Under the pieces are notes generated by a model that worked only from the letters and a program-made list of their open reading frames with translations, was not told the origin of the DNA and made no database searches. Position numbers and translations under genes: made by a program. DNA of 63,981 bases, filler included, from Licmophora abbreviata (Eukaryota), in assembly GCA_900291995.1 (NCBI GenBank). It is 16 parts of 16 records of this genome, joined end to end, with 100 filler letters (N's around TTAATTAATTAA, not from the genome) between each part and the next. Parts side by side here need not be neighbours in the genome. Positions count along the whole stretch, not along the records: positions 36,064 to 37,463 come from OLMU01001525.1; positions 37,564 to 45,374 come from OLMU01001526.1; positions 45,475 to 53,797 come from OLMU01001527.1; 13 more parts are not named here. One strand, given 5' to 3'. Position 1 is the first letter of the stretch. Each line of letters starts with the position of its first letter. Of this stretch, positions 36,507-47,449 are shown in pieces.

Positions 36507-37463
36507 TTACGGTGCACTAGGGGCTTTTTCCTTGAGCTCCGCAAACTTTCTTTTCACCCAGTCAGTGCTCGATTCCGCATCATCGAAGTCCTGAACATGA
36601 CCGAGGTCAAACAAGGCTACTCGTCGCGACGCTGGGTGCCATCCAACGTGTCGCCAACTGACATCCATGTGTCGCTTTCCTTTCTCGGCGAAATGACAAA
36701 GTGCATCCCAGAGAGCACCTTCTTCCTTTTCGGTGTAACGGGCTCGATCAGACTGCCTAACGGGCCAGAAATAAGGTATGATCAAACAATGCTGCCCAAC
36801 AGAAGCCGTCGTGACGAAAGATTGTCCAAACAGATCTCCATAGACGGCATTCCAGTTTTCCAGTTCCGCCTTCGCGAAAGCTTTCGACTGAGTAGGAATT
36901 GCAGTATTGAAAAACTTGACAACGCAGACTCCAGGCCCACTCTGAGGAATGGCCAAACATGCCGAGCCATGTGATCCGCATCCAAGCGGACGGATCAGAT
37001 AGAGGCCGTTCACCTCATCATTTGTCAAGGCGTTCAAGTGGAAATCAATGGTTCCCACCGTCAGATTGTGAAAGGAAGGCCCAAGGCGTCCGGTCGAGTC
37101 CAGCGGCGATCCTCGGTGGCACTGTATCTTTCGTGCGAGAATTTCTTTTCTCGAGTAGAGCTGAGAGGAGCTGTCCAGATCCTTGGCAGACTCGTATATG
37201 AGCAAGATAGCAGTGGCAATAAGTCGGATCATATCAAACCCTGCGTCTGCTCCAACGATAGTCTCAGAAGCGTAAAGGACTCGAGGCTCTTCGCAGCGCT
37301 CTTCTGTAACACCGCTTCCCTCGTCGAGCTCGCGTTTTTCACTACCCGAAATGATGGTAGATCCGCGCATGACATTCTCTGGGTGAAACACTGGTTGCGC
37401 ACGTGAGATTGCATCGGAAGACGTATCGTTTTTGCTACGTGCACTCCGTTCCAATTCTACTAA
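36507..37463 (-). CDS. Protein-kinase-like fold protein (DUF5898/crinkler-type C-terminus); 5' end in gap
   Basis: LGCGSHGSACLA, VCVVKFF, AELENW, HMDVSWRHVG, LFDLG. Confidence 0.6.
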   Translation of the reverse strand, partial: LVELERSARSKNDTSSDAISRAQPVFHPENVMRGSTIISGSEKRELDEGSGVTEERCEEPRVLYASETIVGADAGFDMIRLIATAILLIYESAKDLDSSSQLYSRKEILARKIQCHRGSPLDSTGRLGPSFHNLTVGTIDFHLNALTNDEVNGLYLIRPLGCGSHGSACLAIPQSGPGVCVVKFFNTAIPTQSKAFAKAELENWNAVYGDLFGQSFVTTASVGQHCLIIPYFWPVRQSDRARYTEKEEGALWDALCHFAEKGKRHMDVSWRHVGWHPASRRVALFDLGHVQDFDDAESSTDWVKRKFAELKEKAPSAP

Positions 37464-37893
37464 NNNNNNNNNNNNNNNNNNNNNNNNNNNNNNNNNNNNN
37501 NNNNNNNTTAATTAATTAANNNNNNNNNNNNNNNNNNNNNNNNNNNNNNNNNNNNNNNNNNNNTGTGACTCCTGAGGAGCACTACCCCGAGAGAGAATGC
37601 ATGGTGAGATTAGGGTCGATGATAGGTGAATGTGAAATGCTTTGCTTCGGTCGTTGCGTTGGTCCAACGATGATGATGTGACGAGATTATGAGATGAATT
37701 ATGAATTCGCGAGTGATCGAGTCTTGGAGGCAGTCGAGTCACGAGTTTTTGTGATGATGTGGACTGACTCATCGACTGTGACCTGTGACTCAGGTATCAT
37801 TTGCATTGACGTTGTGACCATGAAAGTACTCGACCACCGCACCACAATGCACAATATCTTCACAAACGCACTGAGAAGATCTCGAAGAAGACA

Positions 37894-38677
37894 ATGATGA
37901 AGCTTGCTATCCTCGCCGCCACGCTCAGCACCGCCAGCGCCTTTGCGCCCTCCCAATCCTTCTCCTCGTCGAAGACGGTCCTTCGCGCCGAAGAGATCAC
38001 AGCCGTCGAGGAAGAAGTCGCGGAAGTCGCCCCTCCTGTGGCCTCCATCAACGGCTGGGTTCCCGATGCCACCAAGCCCTGCTATGGATTGCCGGGAGCC
38101 TCTGCCCCCTTCGGCTTCTTCGATCCCCTCGGCTTCTCCAACGACAAGGAACTTGTCGGAGTCAAGCGCCTCCGTGAAGCGGAGGTGATGCACTCTCGTG
38201 TTTCCATGATGGCCGTGGTCGGCTATCTCATTGGAGAAAACACACCTACTATCGCCTATGGCTTTGACATTCCTCACACCATTGCCAACAACCAGATTCC
38301 CGAAATCCCTGGCACGGTGATGTTCCCCTTCTTCCTTGCCATCAACATTGCCGAAGCTCTTCGTGCCAGCAAGGGCTGGGTCGAGCCAGGTTTGGGACCC
38401 CTCTTTACTCTTCGCGAGAAATACTACCCCGGTGACCTTGGATTCGATCCGCTGGGCTTGAAGCCCACCGATGCCGCAGGTTTCGCCAATATGCAAACCA
38501 AGGAGTTGAACAACGGAAGGCTAGCGAGTAAGTTCTGTCGAGTTGTAAACGCCACGTCATTTGCCCTCTTCATTTCTCACACCAATCCCCTTCTCGTCTA
38601 CAGTGATTGCCGCCGCTGGATTCTGTGTTCAGGAGCAAGTCAATGGCGAGGGAATCCTTCAGAACCTCGGCTTCTAA
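37894..38677 (+). CDS. Lhcx: Fucoxanthin chlorophyll a/c-binding protein, Lhcx/LI818-like; intron 38528-38603
   Basis: ASAFAP presequence; FFDPLG, REAEVMHSRVSM, GWVEP, PGDLGFDPLGLKP, KELNNGRLA|MIAAAGF..QE.VNGEGILQNL. Confidence 0.93.
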
Positions 38678-39292
38678 ACAAAAGGTAGACTAGATGCGTT
38701 TTGTTAGTCGATACTACCGATAAGCATCTACATCCAACTCACTCGAACCACACTAGTATTCAGCATGTAGTCGGAAAATTTTTTCGTTGCAGACTGTTTG
38801 CTAGTCGTCCTACTTTTTAGCGTAGCAGTCAATGAAACCTGACGAGATGAGTCTCCAAGCGCCTCCATCCAACTTTCTTAGTTGTTTCGGCTTGTATGAC
38901 ATACGAAGTACGTACGAATACGAGTCGCGCTTGGCCAGGCAGTCACGAGTCGAGTCGAGTCGAGTCGTCAAACGATCTTTGAGGGACGGACGGACGTCGC
39001 GAGCTCTGCACCTCCCATTTGCGTTCGTTTTTTCCAGCCTGTGATTGACACCAGCGTGATGGATTTTGGATTTTATGGATCTTGGCGATCCGACAAACGT
39101 CAGTGGCGAGTTGGAGGAGGACGAGTAATGACTCTATGCTGTTGGCGTTCCAAACCCCAACAAAAGAGTACGATTGCAAAGAGATAGGTAACTTGAAAGA
39201 CACACAAAGTAGTTGGAAGTTATTTCACTAACACAAGTGTAGCTAGAGCCCGGTAAGAGGAAGGACAAGCGGAGTCGCTTCGACCCTCCAAT

Positions 39293-40138
39293 TTAAGCTT
39301 CACTAATCCAAGCTTCACAGGGGAACTCGACGGTGGCAAGGTTGACGATTCGGACGACGTTTCCGGCTCCTGGGGCTTCCATGACGACGTAGAGCGGATT
39401 AGCCTGTCCGTTGTTGGTGAAGACCTCGAAGGTCTGCTTGATGTTGTTGGGACCGTTTAGGAGTTCGACCCGTGCGTTGAGTTGACGTCCGTCAGTGTTC
39501 AACATGACTTGGACTTGTTGGACGGAAGATGGGAAGGGCGTGGTGTAGACGGCTCCTCCTTGGACGCGTACAGGGGGGCTCATTTCAGGTATCTGTTTGG
39601 TCATGTCGGAGAGAGGGGGCTTGGCGTAGGCGCAGGCGGCGTTCATGGGGAACTCATAGGAGTTGGTGTTACGAACGGCGAGTGCGTTCTCTCGGTTGCG
39701 AGTGCCAATGAGCGTTTGGACCGGGCGCTCCCTTCCGTCCTCGCTGTACACCTTCAGCTTGAAGGGAGTCCAGTCAGGCCCGATCCACAACTGGACGTCA
39801 GCGTTGAGGGGACGTCCCTCGGTCTCCAACAGACAAGTGACGGACTCGATACTGGTGTCGCGAAAGGTCCATGTACGGAGAGTGCTACCCTCGACCCTAA
39901 TAACGGACTCGGGATCATCCCATCCAACACGCTGCATGCCTCCACCAGCACCGTACGTGGGATCACTGGAGTAGGGCGAGGGGCCGCTGAGGGCTCCTGG
40001 AGCCGTACTGCTACCGGGCATGGGCGGTGTCGACTGGAGCGCAGAGGATCGCTGGACCTTGGGCGTCGGAATGACAAAGGCAGAGGACCCCCACACGAGG
40101 GTCTGGAGAACACTGAGCGCTGCGAGTTTGCCGTACAT
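39293..40138 (-). CDS. Plastid-targeted diatom protein of unknown function with an internally duplicated domain
   Basis: SSA-FV cleavage motif; two copies of V(E/Q)G...L.T(E/D)GR.LNA.V.L..GP...V.N....EFP..A. Confidence 0.8.
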   Translation of the reverse strand: MYGKLAALSVLQTLVWGSSAFVIPTPKVQRSSALQSTPPMPGSSTAPGALSGPSPYSSDPTYGAGGGMQRVGWDDPESVIRVEGSTLRTWTFRDTSIESVTCLLETEGRPLNADVQLWIGPDWTPFKLKVYSEDGRERPVQTLIGTRNRENALAVRNTNSYEFPMNAACAYAKPPLSDMTKQIPEMSPPVRVQGGAVYTTPFPSSVQQVQVMLNTDGRQLNARVELLNGPNNIKQTFEVFTNNGQANPLYVVMEAPGAGNVVRIVNLATVEFPCEAWISEA

Positions 40139-40759
40139 CTTGGTTGTTGCTGTCTCAAAGAGAGTAATTGTGGGCTGGAAAGATCTAACGCGTGCGTATC
40201 TTTCAGGTGTGATTGTGTGGTCGGTGGAGGTGAACTGCTGAAGCTTTTTTGCAATTTTGAGTTCGGATCCTATTCTTCCGATCGTCACTCTGACAGGCGC
40301 TACAAGTTTAGTTATGTTCATCACGTTCTCGAATAAGTATACTGCAACTCCGGACTTTCCAACGTCATGGATGCGTACAAACTGCAACGGCCGACGTCAT
40401 TCATGCGTCCTTGTGACTTTTGTTATTTATGAAATCATGCTGTTTCCTATGTCGACTTGAAGTTGCAACGTGTCTTTGGCGATTGTCCGACTGAAACTCG
40501 AGCTTTCGGTGTTCGCTTCTCGTTTCCTCTTCGGAAGGAGCGAAGGCCGGGCGAGCCGTTCGGATACGGGTGAGGCGCCGGACAGACTACACTGAAAACC
40601 CGGACGTAGCGCAAATGGGGTCATTGCCGGTTTTTCAAACGCGAGTGTGAGAGCGGGACACAATGAGCGCTCGACCATGATGGCGGCGTCAACGGAGGCC
40701 AGCTTTCTACCTAGTAGACTAGACTGCATACGGCAGTACCGGTAGTGAAGTAAGAGGAG

Positions 40760-42307
40760 ATGACCGTCAGCGAGGATTCTCAGAATAGCCGGCAACGACG
40801 ACGGGGTGTGGTCGTTGTGCCAGCTATCGTCGTACTCTGCGTGCTGGTGCTGTTTCTACTAGTCGTAGTCTCTCTCGACGAACAAGTCATTTCGTTGCGG
40901 AGCGTCGGAAGCTACTATACTACTACTACCGATAAAGGTGTCTCGAACGTCAAGAATGAGACGAAACGGAGTGACGATGAAAATATTGACGACACGACGG
41001 CATCGGTCGTGGTGGTGGGCGACGGCACGGAGGACTCTGTGGCACCGTCCTTTTCACCGTCTGCACAAGCTATTGGCGATGATGGGAATGGCACGATCAT
41101 CAACGATTCCAGTGAGACACTACTCAACAACGAGACAAACGCGACGATGGACACGTTGACCGGAGTCGGATACTATGATATGAACAACGCCACCAACGAC
41201 CACAACGCTACCAGCACCGCAGTTCCTCCTCCTGTTGCCAACAATGCCACTCTCCTCGTCGCCCTGGGCGGAGAACTTGGAAATCATCTTCAAATCTTTG
41301 CCATGGCCCGGGTTGTCCAATTGCTGGCATTCGAATTGCATAATATTTCATCTTCCTTTGTCTTGCACCATCAAAATGCCGGCAAGTGGAAACAGGCAGC
41401 CCAAAACATACAAAAGTGCTTTCCGCGGTTTCGACCCTACAATTTTGAAGCTGCCAACAATAAGGACTTTGAAGAAGTACTCAAAGGGGCGCAGACCGAG
41501 TGGTTGGGGACGGAAAATGCTTCCGCTCTTGTGATTCCGCACGAGTCGGAAAAGGAAATTCTACTCGACAGTGTGCAGTACTGGAAGACGTTGCTGGATG
41601 GTCATCACGATGAGACTCCCCCGGGAGTGAACCTGACCAAGCCCTCGCCCGTGTCTATGCCCTTTCTATACGTACAAGGCTACATTCCCCTCAGTTTGGT
41701 AGACGAGTACCTTGACGAGATTCGAGACTTGTTCGACTTTGACTTTGACGCGTGCTGCAGACTACGGCCGGATCCGGACGAAACTGTCCTGCACATTCGT
41801 AATTTCATAAAGGAAATGCCTCGAGCTGCAATGCGACTGGGATTTGAAGAATTGAGTCCCAACAAAACAGCGTACGAGCTATTGGGGCACTTGCAAGAGG
41901 GTGACAAGGTGGCAGTCTTGACGCGGTTTTCCGCCAACGATGTGGCTGCCCATACCGAGGCGATGCAGGAGCGGGGACTGCAAGTGAGAGTCATTTCGGG
42001 ACAGTCTGACGTGCAGGACTTTTGTTTTCTCTTGGAAACGCAAAAGGAATTGGTGGGAGTGTACCAGTCGACCTTTTCACGATGGGCGGCCTACCTGGGG
42101 CGTAATATTACAAAGGCACGCCTGTACTTTATCAATAGTCCTTCGCGAAGGGGCAGATTCGGGGACGACGGCTGGTACGAAGAGGTTAACTGGACGAACC
42201 CAATATTGAAACATAGAGTGTCATTGGAGCGGTACCAGTCCGAAGCGCAAGATGCTCAAGATAGGGATCCAAAGGTCGCGCGGTGGCTGCGGCGGTGGCT
42301 ATTATGA
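40760..42307 (+). CDS. Type II membrane glycosyltransferase, GT11 (alpha-1,2-fucosyltransferase)-like
   Basis: N-terminal TM, glycosylated stem, GELGNHL, VLHIR, DFCFL, STFSRWAAYLG. Confidence 0.65.
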   Translation: MTVSEDSQNSRQRRRGVVVVPAIVVLCVLVLFLLVVVSLDEQVISLRSVGSYYTTTTDKGVSNVKNETKRSDDENIDDTTASVVVVGDGTEDSVAPSFSPSAQAIGDDGNGTIINDSSETLLNNETNATMDTLTGVGYYDMNNATNDHNATSTAVPPPVANNATLLVALGGELGNHLQIFAMARVVQLLAFELHNISSSFVLHHQNAGKWKQAAQNIQKCFPRFRPYNFEAANNKDFEEVLKGAQTEWLGTENASALVIPHESEKEILLDSVQYWKTLLDGHHDETPPGVNLTKPSPVSMPFLYVQGYIPLSLVDEYLDEIRDLFDFDFDACCRLRPDPDETVLHIRNFIKEMPRAAMRLGFEELSPNKTAYELLGHLQEGDKVAVLTRFSANDVAAHTEAMQERGLQVRVISGQSDVQDFCFLLETQKELVGVYQSTFSRWAAYLGRNITKARLYFINSPSRRGRFGDDGWYEEVNWTNPILKHRVSLERYQSEAQDAQDRDPKVARWLRRWLL

Positions 42308-42528
42308 CAGAAATGATTGACACGACAACCCACGTGTCAGATATGAACGATGTCTATGATAATGTACACTATTCGCTATCAGCTCGTAGACGTAGGCCGC
42401 CCTTTAGGGGCCGCAAGTACAAGAGGTTCCTACCTCGCATACAGGTAGGGTAGTCTCTGTTCTATAATACGCGTTGAACCACATCAGCTCGTAGACGACA
42501 ATCGAATATAGGCCGCTATGAATCGATT

Positions 42529-45201
42529 CTACGATGTCGCTTCCCCTATTGGAGCTTTTGTAGACTCAAAATACTCTAGGAGCATCGGTCCAATCTGCTT
42601 TCGACTTGGTTTCACGTTCCGTTGGTCATAGAATCGCATGTTCAGGCCGCCTCGGCGACGCATCGTCTTTGCCTCCTCCAATTCCAACGAGCCCTGGGGA
42701 TGATTTGTGCGAAGCAGGAAAGCCGCGATATCAGCCAAAGGGACTCCTTTGGTTCCGCAAATAGCAAACTGTCGGTAAAGGCGACCACTGTTGTCCTGAT
42801 AGGCGAACATGATGCCAAGGAGCTTGATGCGAACATCATCCATGTACTGAAGAACGCCTGAGACAAGATCAGAGTTCTTGGCAAAGTCTTCCATTGGCAT
42901 CAAGACGGTCGAAACTCCGAAGATGTGAGTTTTGGCGTAGGGGAATTCCTTGTAGTCCAAACGCAGAGCGTCTCGTATAGATAGGGACCGCCAGAACCTC
43001 GAGTCATATTTGGCATCCTGCAGGAGCGTGAACACCAACGTTGGGTCGGGTAATGGCGAGGAAGAGCATATTTGCAGGGCGTCTCGCGATGGAAGACGCA
43101 GTCCCTGCCAGTCGCTGTGATGCAGCAAATCGGCCACGGCGTTTTGGTCACGCTGCGTAACTTTTCCAACCTGCTGCGACAGATTTACCGAGTCCAACAA
43201 GATGACACCCAAAAGCAGCAATCCAACCGACGCCGGATACGGCATTGGCCAGTCTCGTCGCAACCGTTCCGCAACAAGAGTGCATGCACTGGCTACTAAC
43301 GCTTGGTCGTCTGCGAATGCGATAGTTCGGGAGTTACCCGAACACGTGTCAAGATAGTCTGCTTCATCTTCATGGTGGTCGACAATTTCAATAATGGTCC
43401 AGTTCTTATCTTGCAAGCTGTCTGATACGACGTTGTGATCCACCAATGTCACTTGAGCGCCATAGGAATTGCTCTCGATGACTGCGTTGTCGACAAACAA
43501 CAAATCTCTCTTCGGATGTTCAATGCCTGCCAGCTGCAACAACAAAGTGACTTCTGGCCGCTGTGTCTCGAGATCTACTTCCGGAATGGCCACAATCGGT
43601 GTCTTCTCTTGTTGCTCCTGTACGGACTCAATAAAGGCGAGTGCTATTGCGCTCACAATAGTGTCAGCATCCCCCGCTTCATTGCCAATGACAAGCTGAC
43701 GTGTGGGTTTTCTTTTGCGTTCTTGAAGAAAGTCTAGAAGAGACGGGATCTGAGTAGTACTGCTGCGCCGCCGGCAGCCGTTCTGTGTATGAGCTTTCCC
43801 ATGCTCCGCAGCAGAAACGGCGTCCTCTTGTATTCGTCCCATTGCCAGACTCGGTTCCACTTCCATGGCACTCTCCAGAAAGTCCAGTACACGTGCAAAG
43901 TTAGCATCTTCTACCCACACTTTGAACTCTGTCCATCCGTTCTCAATTTGCAGCGCCAAGCGCTCTTGCTCCAAATGATACTCGTCATTCTCCGAATAGA
44001 TGCTGTACGACGTCCAGTCATCGTTGATATCCCCCAACAACTTGCGCCCTTTCTTCAAGATATTGATTGCGGAAGACGTCTCTGCCCAGTTTGTCGGAAA
44101 CATGACTTGTAAGAACAAATCATACTCATCCGTGATGCTTCGTAGCTGCTTTCGAAGATTATGGTATATGCCATGCACTTTCTCATTCATAACGTTCTGG
44201 TAGGTGAGCGAGACAGTGAGATAATGTCTAGCATTTTGCATCTGTTTCACACCAAGTTTCTGTAAACTAGGAGTCACTGGATCTGCTCCAGCAGGAATAC
44301 CGCCCGTTACACCTTCCCAAAAGAGGTGAGACTCCTTGTGATAATACTGAAATGCCGTAGGCGCCCGCAAGTAGCTTGGAATGTCGGGATGACGATGTCG
44401 AAAGTCTTCAAACTCAGACTTCCATTGCAAGGCACTATTTCGTCTTCGTTCCATTTGTTCTTGTGAGTATCGTACATGTGCATTGTGCAAGTCTTGGAAC
44501 TCACCAACGGATCGATAGAGTCCAGCGGTATAGTGCCGAAGCGAGTGCCACAAGTCGTCGTCATCATCGTGCGAATTGTTATTGTTCTTGGAGGCATTTG
44601 GATAGCAGGTACTAAAGACATCCATCAGATCTCTTGTTTTCAGTATGATTTTGCGAGCCTTGTAGACACTGCTAGGTTGCATGTCGGGCGTCAAAACAAT
44701 CTTGAACTGTGACAACATGAGATCGTACCAGGCCGGTACCATGGCTTGTGCGAGATGCATGAAGGTGGTGTTGATGTTGCTGTCAGAAACGGTCGGGCCA
44801 AGGACAAAGTCGGAGAGACCCATAGTACGTGCAAGAGCGCCGCTTCTCGTTGATAAAGTCATCCCTTGTGATTTAAGCGACAAAGGTGACATGATGACCA
44901 GCAAGAGCAGCACCCCCGAAAGCATCAACAAACTGCGAGAGGCTGCCCGCCAGTGACTCCTCAAAGACGTGTCAAATATTCTCACGGTTGGATTCTCATC
45001 ATATTCAATAGGTTGTAGTATCGCAGAGCTTCGTCCACGGACAGGCGTAACCGAGTCATAGTGACGATGGAAACAAGACAGCGGTGAATCTTCTGCTGTT
45101 TTTGCTACTCCTCCTTCAGGGTTGAGCAGACTCGTGGTTTCGGACACTGTCTCGTTACTATTTTCTTGGTCCAATGACGCTTCCGTGCTTTCCGAGTTCA
45201 T
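42529..45201 (-). CDS. Membrane-anchored CHAD domain + PPX1/Prune-type DHH exopolyphosphatase fusion
   Basis: TM at aa ~90-109. CHAD-like helices YKARKIILKTRDLMDVF, VGEFQDL, HNLRKQLRSI, LLGDIND. DHH motifs GNEAGDADT, LVDHN, IVDHHED, SACTLVAE, GVILLDS, LRLDYKEF, SRKQI. Confidence 0.85.
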   Translation of the reverse strand: MNSESTEASLDQENSNETVSETTSLLNPEGGVAKTAEDSPLSCFHRHYDSVTPVRGRSSAILQPIEYDENPTVRIFDTSLRSHWRAASRSLLMLSGVLLLLVIMSPLSLKSQGMTLSTRSGALARTMGLSDFVLGPTVSDSNINTTFMHLAQAMVPAWYDLMLSQFKIVLTPDMQPSSVYKARKIILKTRDLMDVFSTCYPNASKNNNNSHDDDDDLWHSLRHYTAGLYRSVGEFQDLHNAHVRYSQEQMERRRNSALQWKSEFEDFRHRHPDIPSYLRAPTAFQYYHKESHLFWEGVTGGIPAGADPVTPSLQKLGVKQMQNARHYLTVSLTYQNVMNEKVHGIYHNLRKQLRSITDEYDLFLQVMFPTNWAETSSAINILKKGRKLLGDINDDWTSYSIYSENDEYHLEQERLALQIENGWTEFKVWVEDANFARVLDFLESAMEVEPSLAMGRIQEDAVSAAEHGKAHTQNGCRRRSSTTQIPSLLDFLQERKRKPTRQLVIGNEAGDADTIVSAIALAFIESVQEQQEKTPIVAIPEVDLETQRPEVTLLLQLAGIEHPKRDLLFVDNAVIESNSYGAQVTLVDHNVVSDSLQDKNWTIIEIVDHHEDEADYLDTCSGNSRTIAFADDQALVASACTLVAERLRRDWPMPYPASVGLLLLGVILLDSVNLSQQVGKVTQRDQNAVADLLHHSDWQGLRLPSRDALQICSSSPLPDPTLVFTLLQDAKYDSRFWRSLSIRDALRLDYKEFPYAKTHIFGVSTVLMPMEDFAKNSDLVSGVLQYMDDVRIKLLGIMFAYQDNSGRLYRQFAICGTKGVPLADIAAFLLRTNHPQGSLELEEAKTMRRRGGLNMRFYDQRNVKPSRKQIGPMLLEYFESTKAPIGEATS

Positions 45202-45530
45202 TTGTACTGATCTCTACTTGACCCTTTCGGGATCCAGTCGACATGAAGCAAAGAGAAACGCACTGAAATCGCAAAATCGTCAACGGAACCATCGTCTTTG
45301 TGATAGTTGTGGTTGTGACTTGGCGAGGTGCGTGAAAACTAACTCCCAAGCGCTCGACGTGAGCGAGCGCAATTNNNNNNNNNNNNNNNNNNNNNNNNNN
45401 NNNNNNNNNNNNNNNNNNTTAATTAATTAANNNNNNNNNNNNNNNNNNNNNNNNNNNNNNNNNNNNNNNNNNNNCAATCCTATTTACATGCCGTTCCCAT
45501 CGGAAAGCTTCTCTCCCCCCTACCAATCAC

Positions 45531-47087
45531 TCACTTAGTCACAGACTGCATGGAACTGACATCGGCTTGTGGGGGCGGTGATGTGCAATCCTTGTCGAAA
45601 CGGGGATAGTCTTCGTTCTCGATCCATGCTTTGAGAAAAGCGTAGCTGGCTTCGGGCTTGTACGTGGGAACAAGATGACCAGCGCCGCGGATACTGAGAT
45701 AGTCAAAGGATCCTTCGTATCTAGTCACGTATCCGCCCATTCGCCGACAACTATCAATCGTCCAGGGCCTCCACGACTCCGCCTCCGTCAGCCCCAGAGT
45801 GGAAGTCCAGTCCTGTGCTGCAAATGATGTAATGGCTGGATCAGTGTCACCGTTGTAAATAAGGACTCGAACATCGCCATACGTTCCAGCCGCCAAGTCC
45901 TTGTAAAAGTCCCTCAAATCCGGCTCGGTGGGAGTGTAGTTGAAGTCCACCGCATTGTCGACACTAAAGAACTCCGCACCAGGAGGAATATGAAGGGCTT
46001 CCAAAACAGACGTCAGAGTCATGTATTCTTCCATGACGGGTCCACCCCCACAGGCGTAATCGTTGAGTGCTCCGTCGCTCAGCGTGTCGCCACTATTTTG
46101 AAGTAGTAATCCGTTTCGATAAGTACAATCGTCATAGAGAGAATACTCATAAAACCCACCGACCTCGTCCAAGATGCCGTGAATCGCCGCTAGACATGCC
46201 GGAGAAATGTCTCTAGTCTGCTCGTCGTGTCGTGTCATGGCCTCGTGCTCGGCATCGCATGTTTTTAGCACGTCATGAAAGGACGAAAGCGGCATTTGAC
46301 CGTGTCCCGCCAAAAACAGCAGCCCAAAGTAGTAATTCTTCCAGCTGGCATCGCCCAATCCCAAGTCTCCACCACACACGTCGGTATGAGTACCAAGACA
46401 GCCATCGCCAACTGCAAAGCCCTTCAAGTCGAGATCATTTGACGGGTCTTGTAGGATACGTCGCGCCAGGGTCGGGATATAGATCCCTGCATAGCTCTCT
46501 CCAGTGAGATACAGGGGTTTGGATTTGAAGTGTGAGAACTTGTCGTAAAAGGCGTGGAGCGCAAAGAATGTATTTTGCGATGCGAGTTCGTCAGTCCAGG
46601 CCAAGCACGAGTCTCCCTTGCCATCCAAATCGTCGTTGCAATAGGAGAATCCGACGGGGGCGGGAGCGTCAAAGACAAGAATGCTTCCTAACTTCGTCCA
46701 GGCATGTGAATTGTATATTGGAGTGGGAATACCAGTCTCGGCGTAGTCTTGAGTTTGCAGAGAAAGATCGGAAAACAGGAGTGGCCCGAGTTCGGTGAGG
46801 AGCCCAAAGAGCGAGGAGGCACCAGGACCGCCGTTCGACCAGTAGATGAGGGGAGTGTCTTTGCTGTCTCCTTCGGCCTCCACCAAGACGTAATGGGTGT
46901 GAATTTTCATTCCATTGAGCTCATAATCGAGGTAGCCGCTGTACCAGGGTGTTGGAAGGAGGTGTGGGTATCCAGGAAGATATTTCACCCGATCTGGGTT
47001 CTCTTTCTGTGCCTTCGAGAAGCCGAAAGTCGAAAATATGACTAGGAAAGCCGAAAGAAACGAATAGCGCCGGGAAAGGAACATCAT
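45531..47087 (-). CDS. Serine carboxypeptidase (S10)
   Basis: YSGYL, NGGPGASS, PVGFSY, GESYAGIYIP, YNGDTD, GAGHLVP; signal peptide. Confidence 0.95.
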   Translation of the reverse strand: MMFLSRRYSFLSAFLVIFSTFGFSKAQKENPDRVKYLPGYPHLLPTPWYSGYLDYELNGMKIHTHYVLVEAEGDSKDTPLIYWSNGGPGASSLFGLLTELGPLLFSDLSLQTQDYAETGIPTPIYNSHAWTKLGSILVFDAPAPVGFSYCNDDLDGKGDSCLAWTDELASQNTFFALHAFYDKFSHFKSKPLYLTGESYAGIYIPTLARRILQDPSNDLDLKGFAVGDGCLGTHTDVCGGDLGLGDASWKNYYFGLLFLAGHGQMPLSSFHDVLKTCDAEHEAMTRHDEQTRDISPACLAAIHGILDEVGGFYEYSLYDDCTYRNGLLLQNSGDTLSDGALNDYACGGGPVMEEYMTLTSVLEALHIPPGAEFFSVDNAVDFNYTPTEPDLRDFYKDLAAGTYGDVRVLIYNGDTDPAITSFAAQDWTSTLGLTEAESWRPWTIDSCRRMGGYVTRYEGSFDYLSIRGAGHLVPTYKPEASYAFLKAWIENEDYPRFDKDCTSPPPQADVSSMQSVTK

Positions 47088-47449
47088 TGTAGATTATGAT
47101 TAGAAGAACCAAACGTCGAGCGAAGACTCTCGGCCATGGTTTGTGCCGTTCATTTTCAGTCCAACGGATGATGGCGGGATTCCTGCGATCCGGCTGTGAA
47201 GATATCGAAGCTCGTACCTCGCACCGAATGTCGATTTGGAATCCGGAACTTGGGAATGAAAATGTGCAAGAGACGTTTTCAGTTTGTTCACGCGATTTGT
47301 TTCATCATTCAAAAACGTTTTCGCGAACGCGACAACTTTGAAACTCCACGGCGGTTGCAGTTCTGACCTTTTCTGGGTTGTCAACTCCTACGACATTGAA
47401 TCTCATTCCGCAGCGCGGCTCGTGGATTCTTCAATTACTTTTGTTTCCC

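Noticed and set aside
37699..40336. Long antisense ORFs (265 aa at 37699-38496, 284 aa at 39482-40336) and other shadow ORFs
   Set aside because: They mirror codon-biased real genes on the opposite strand and show no protein motifs.
42378..42497. 15-bp direct repeat ATCAGCTCGTAGACG between convergent genes
   Set aside because: No terminal inverted repeats or other element evidence; probably a local duplication.
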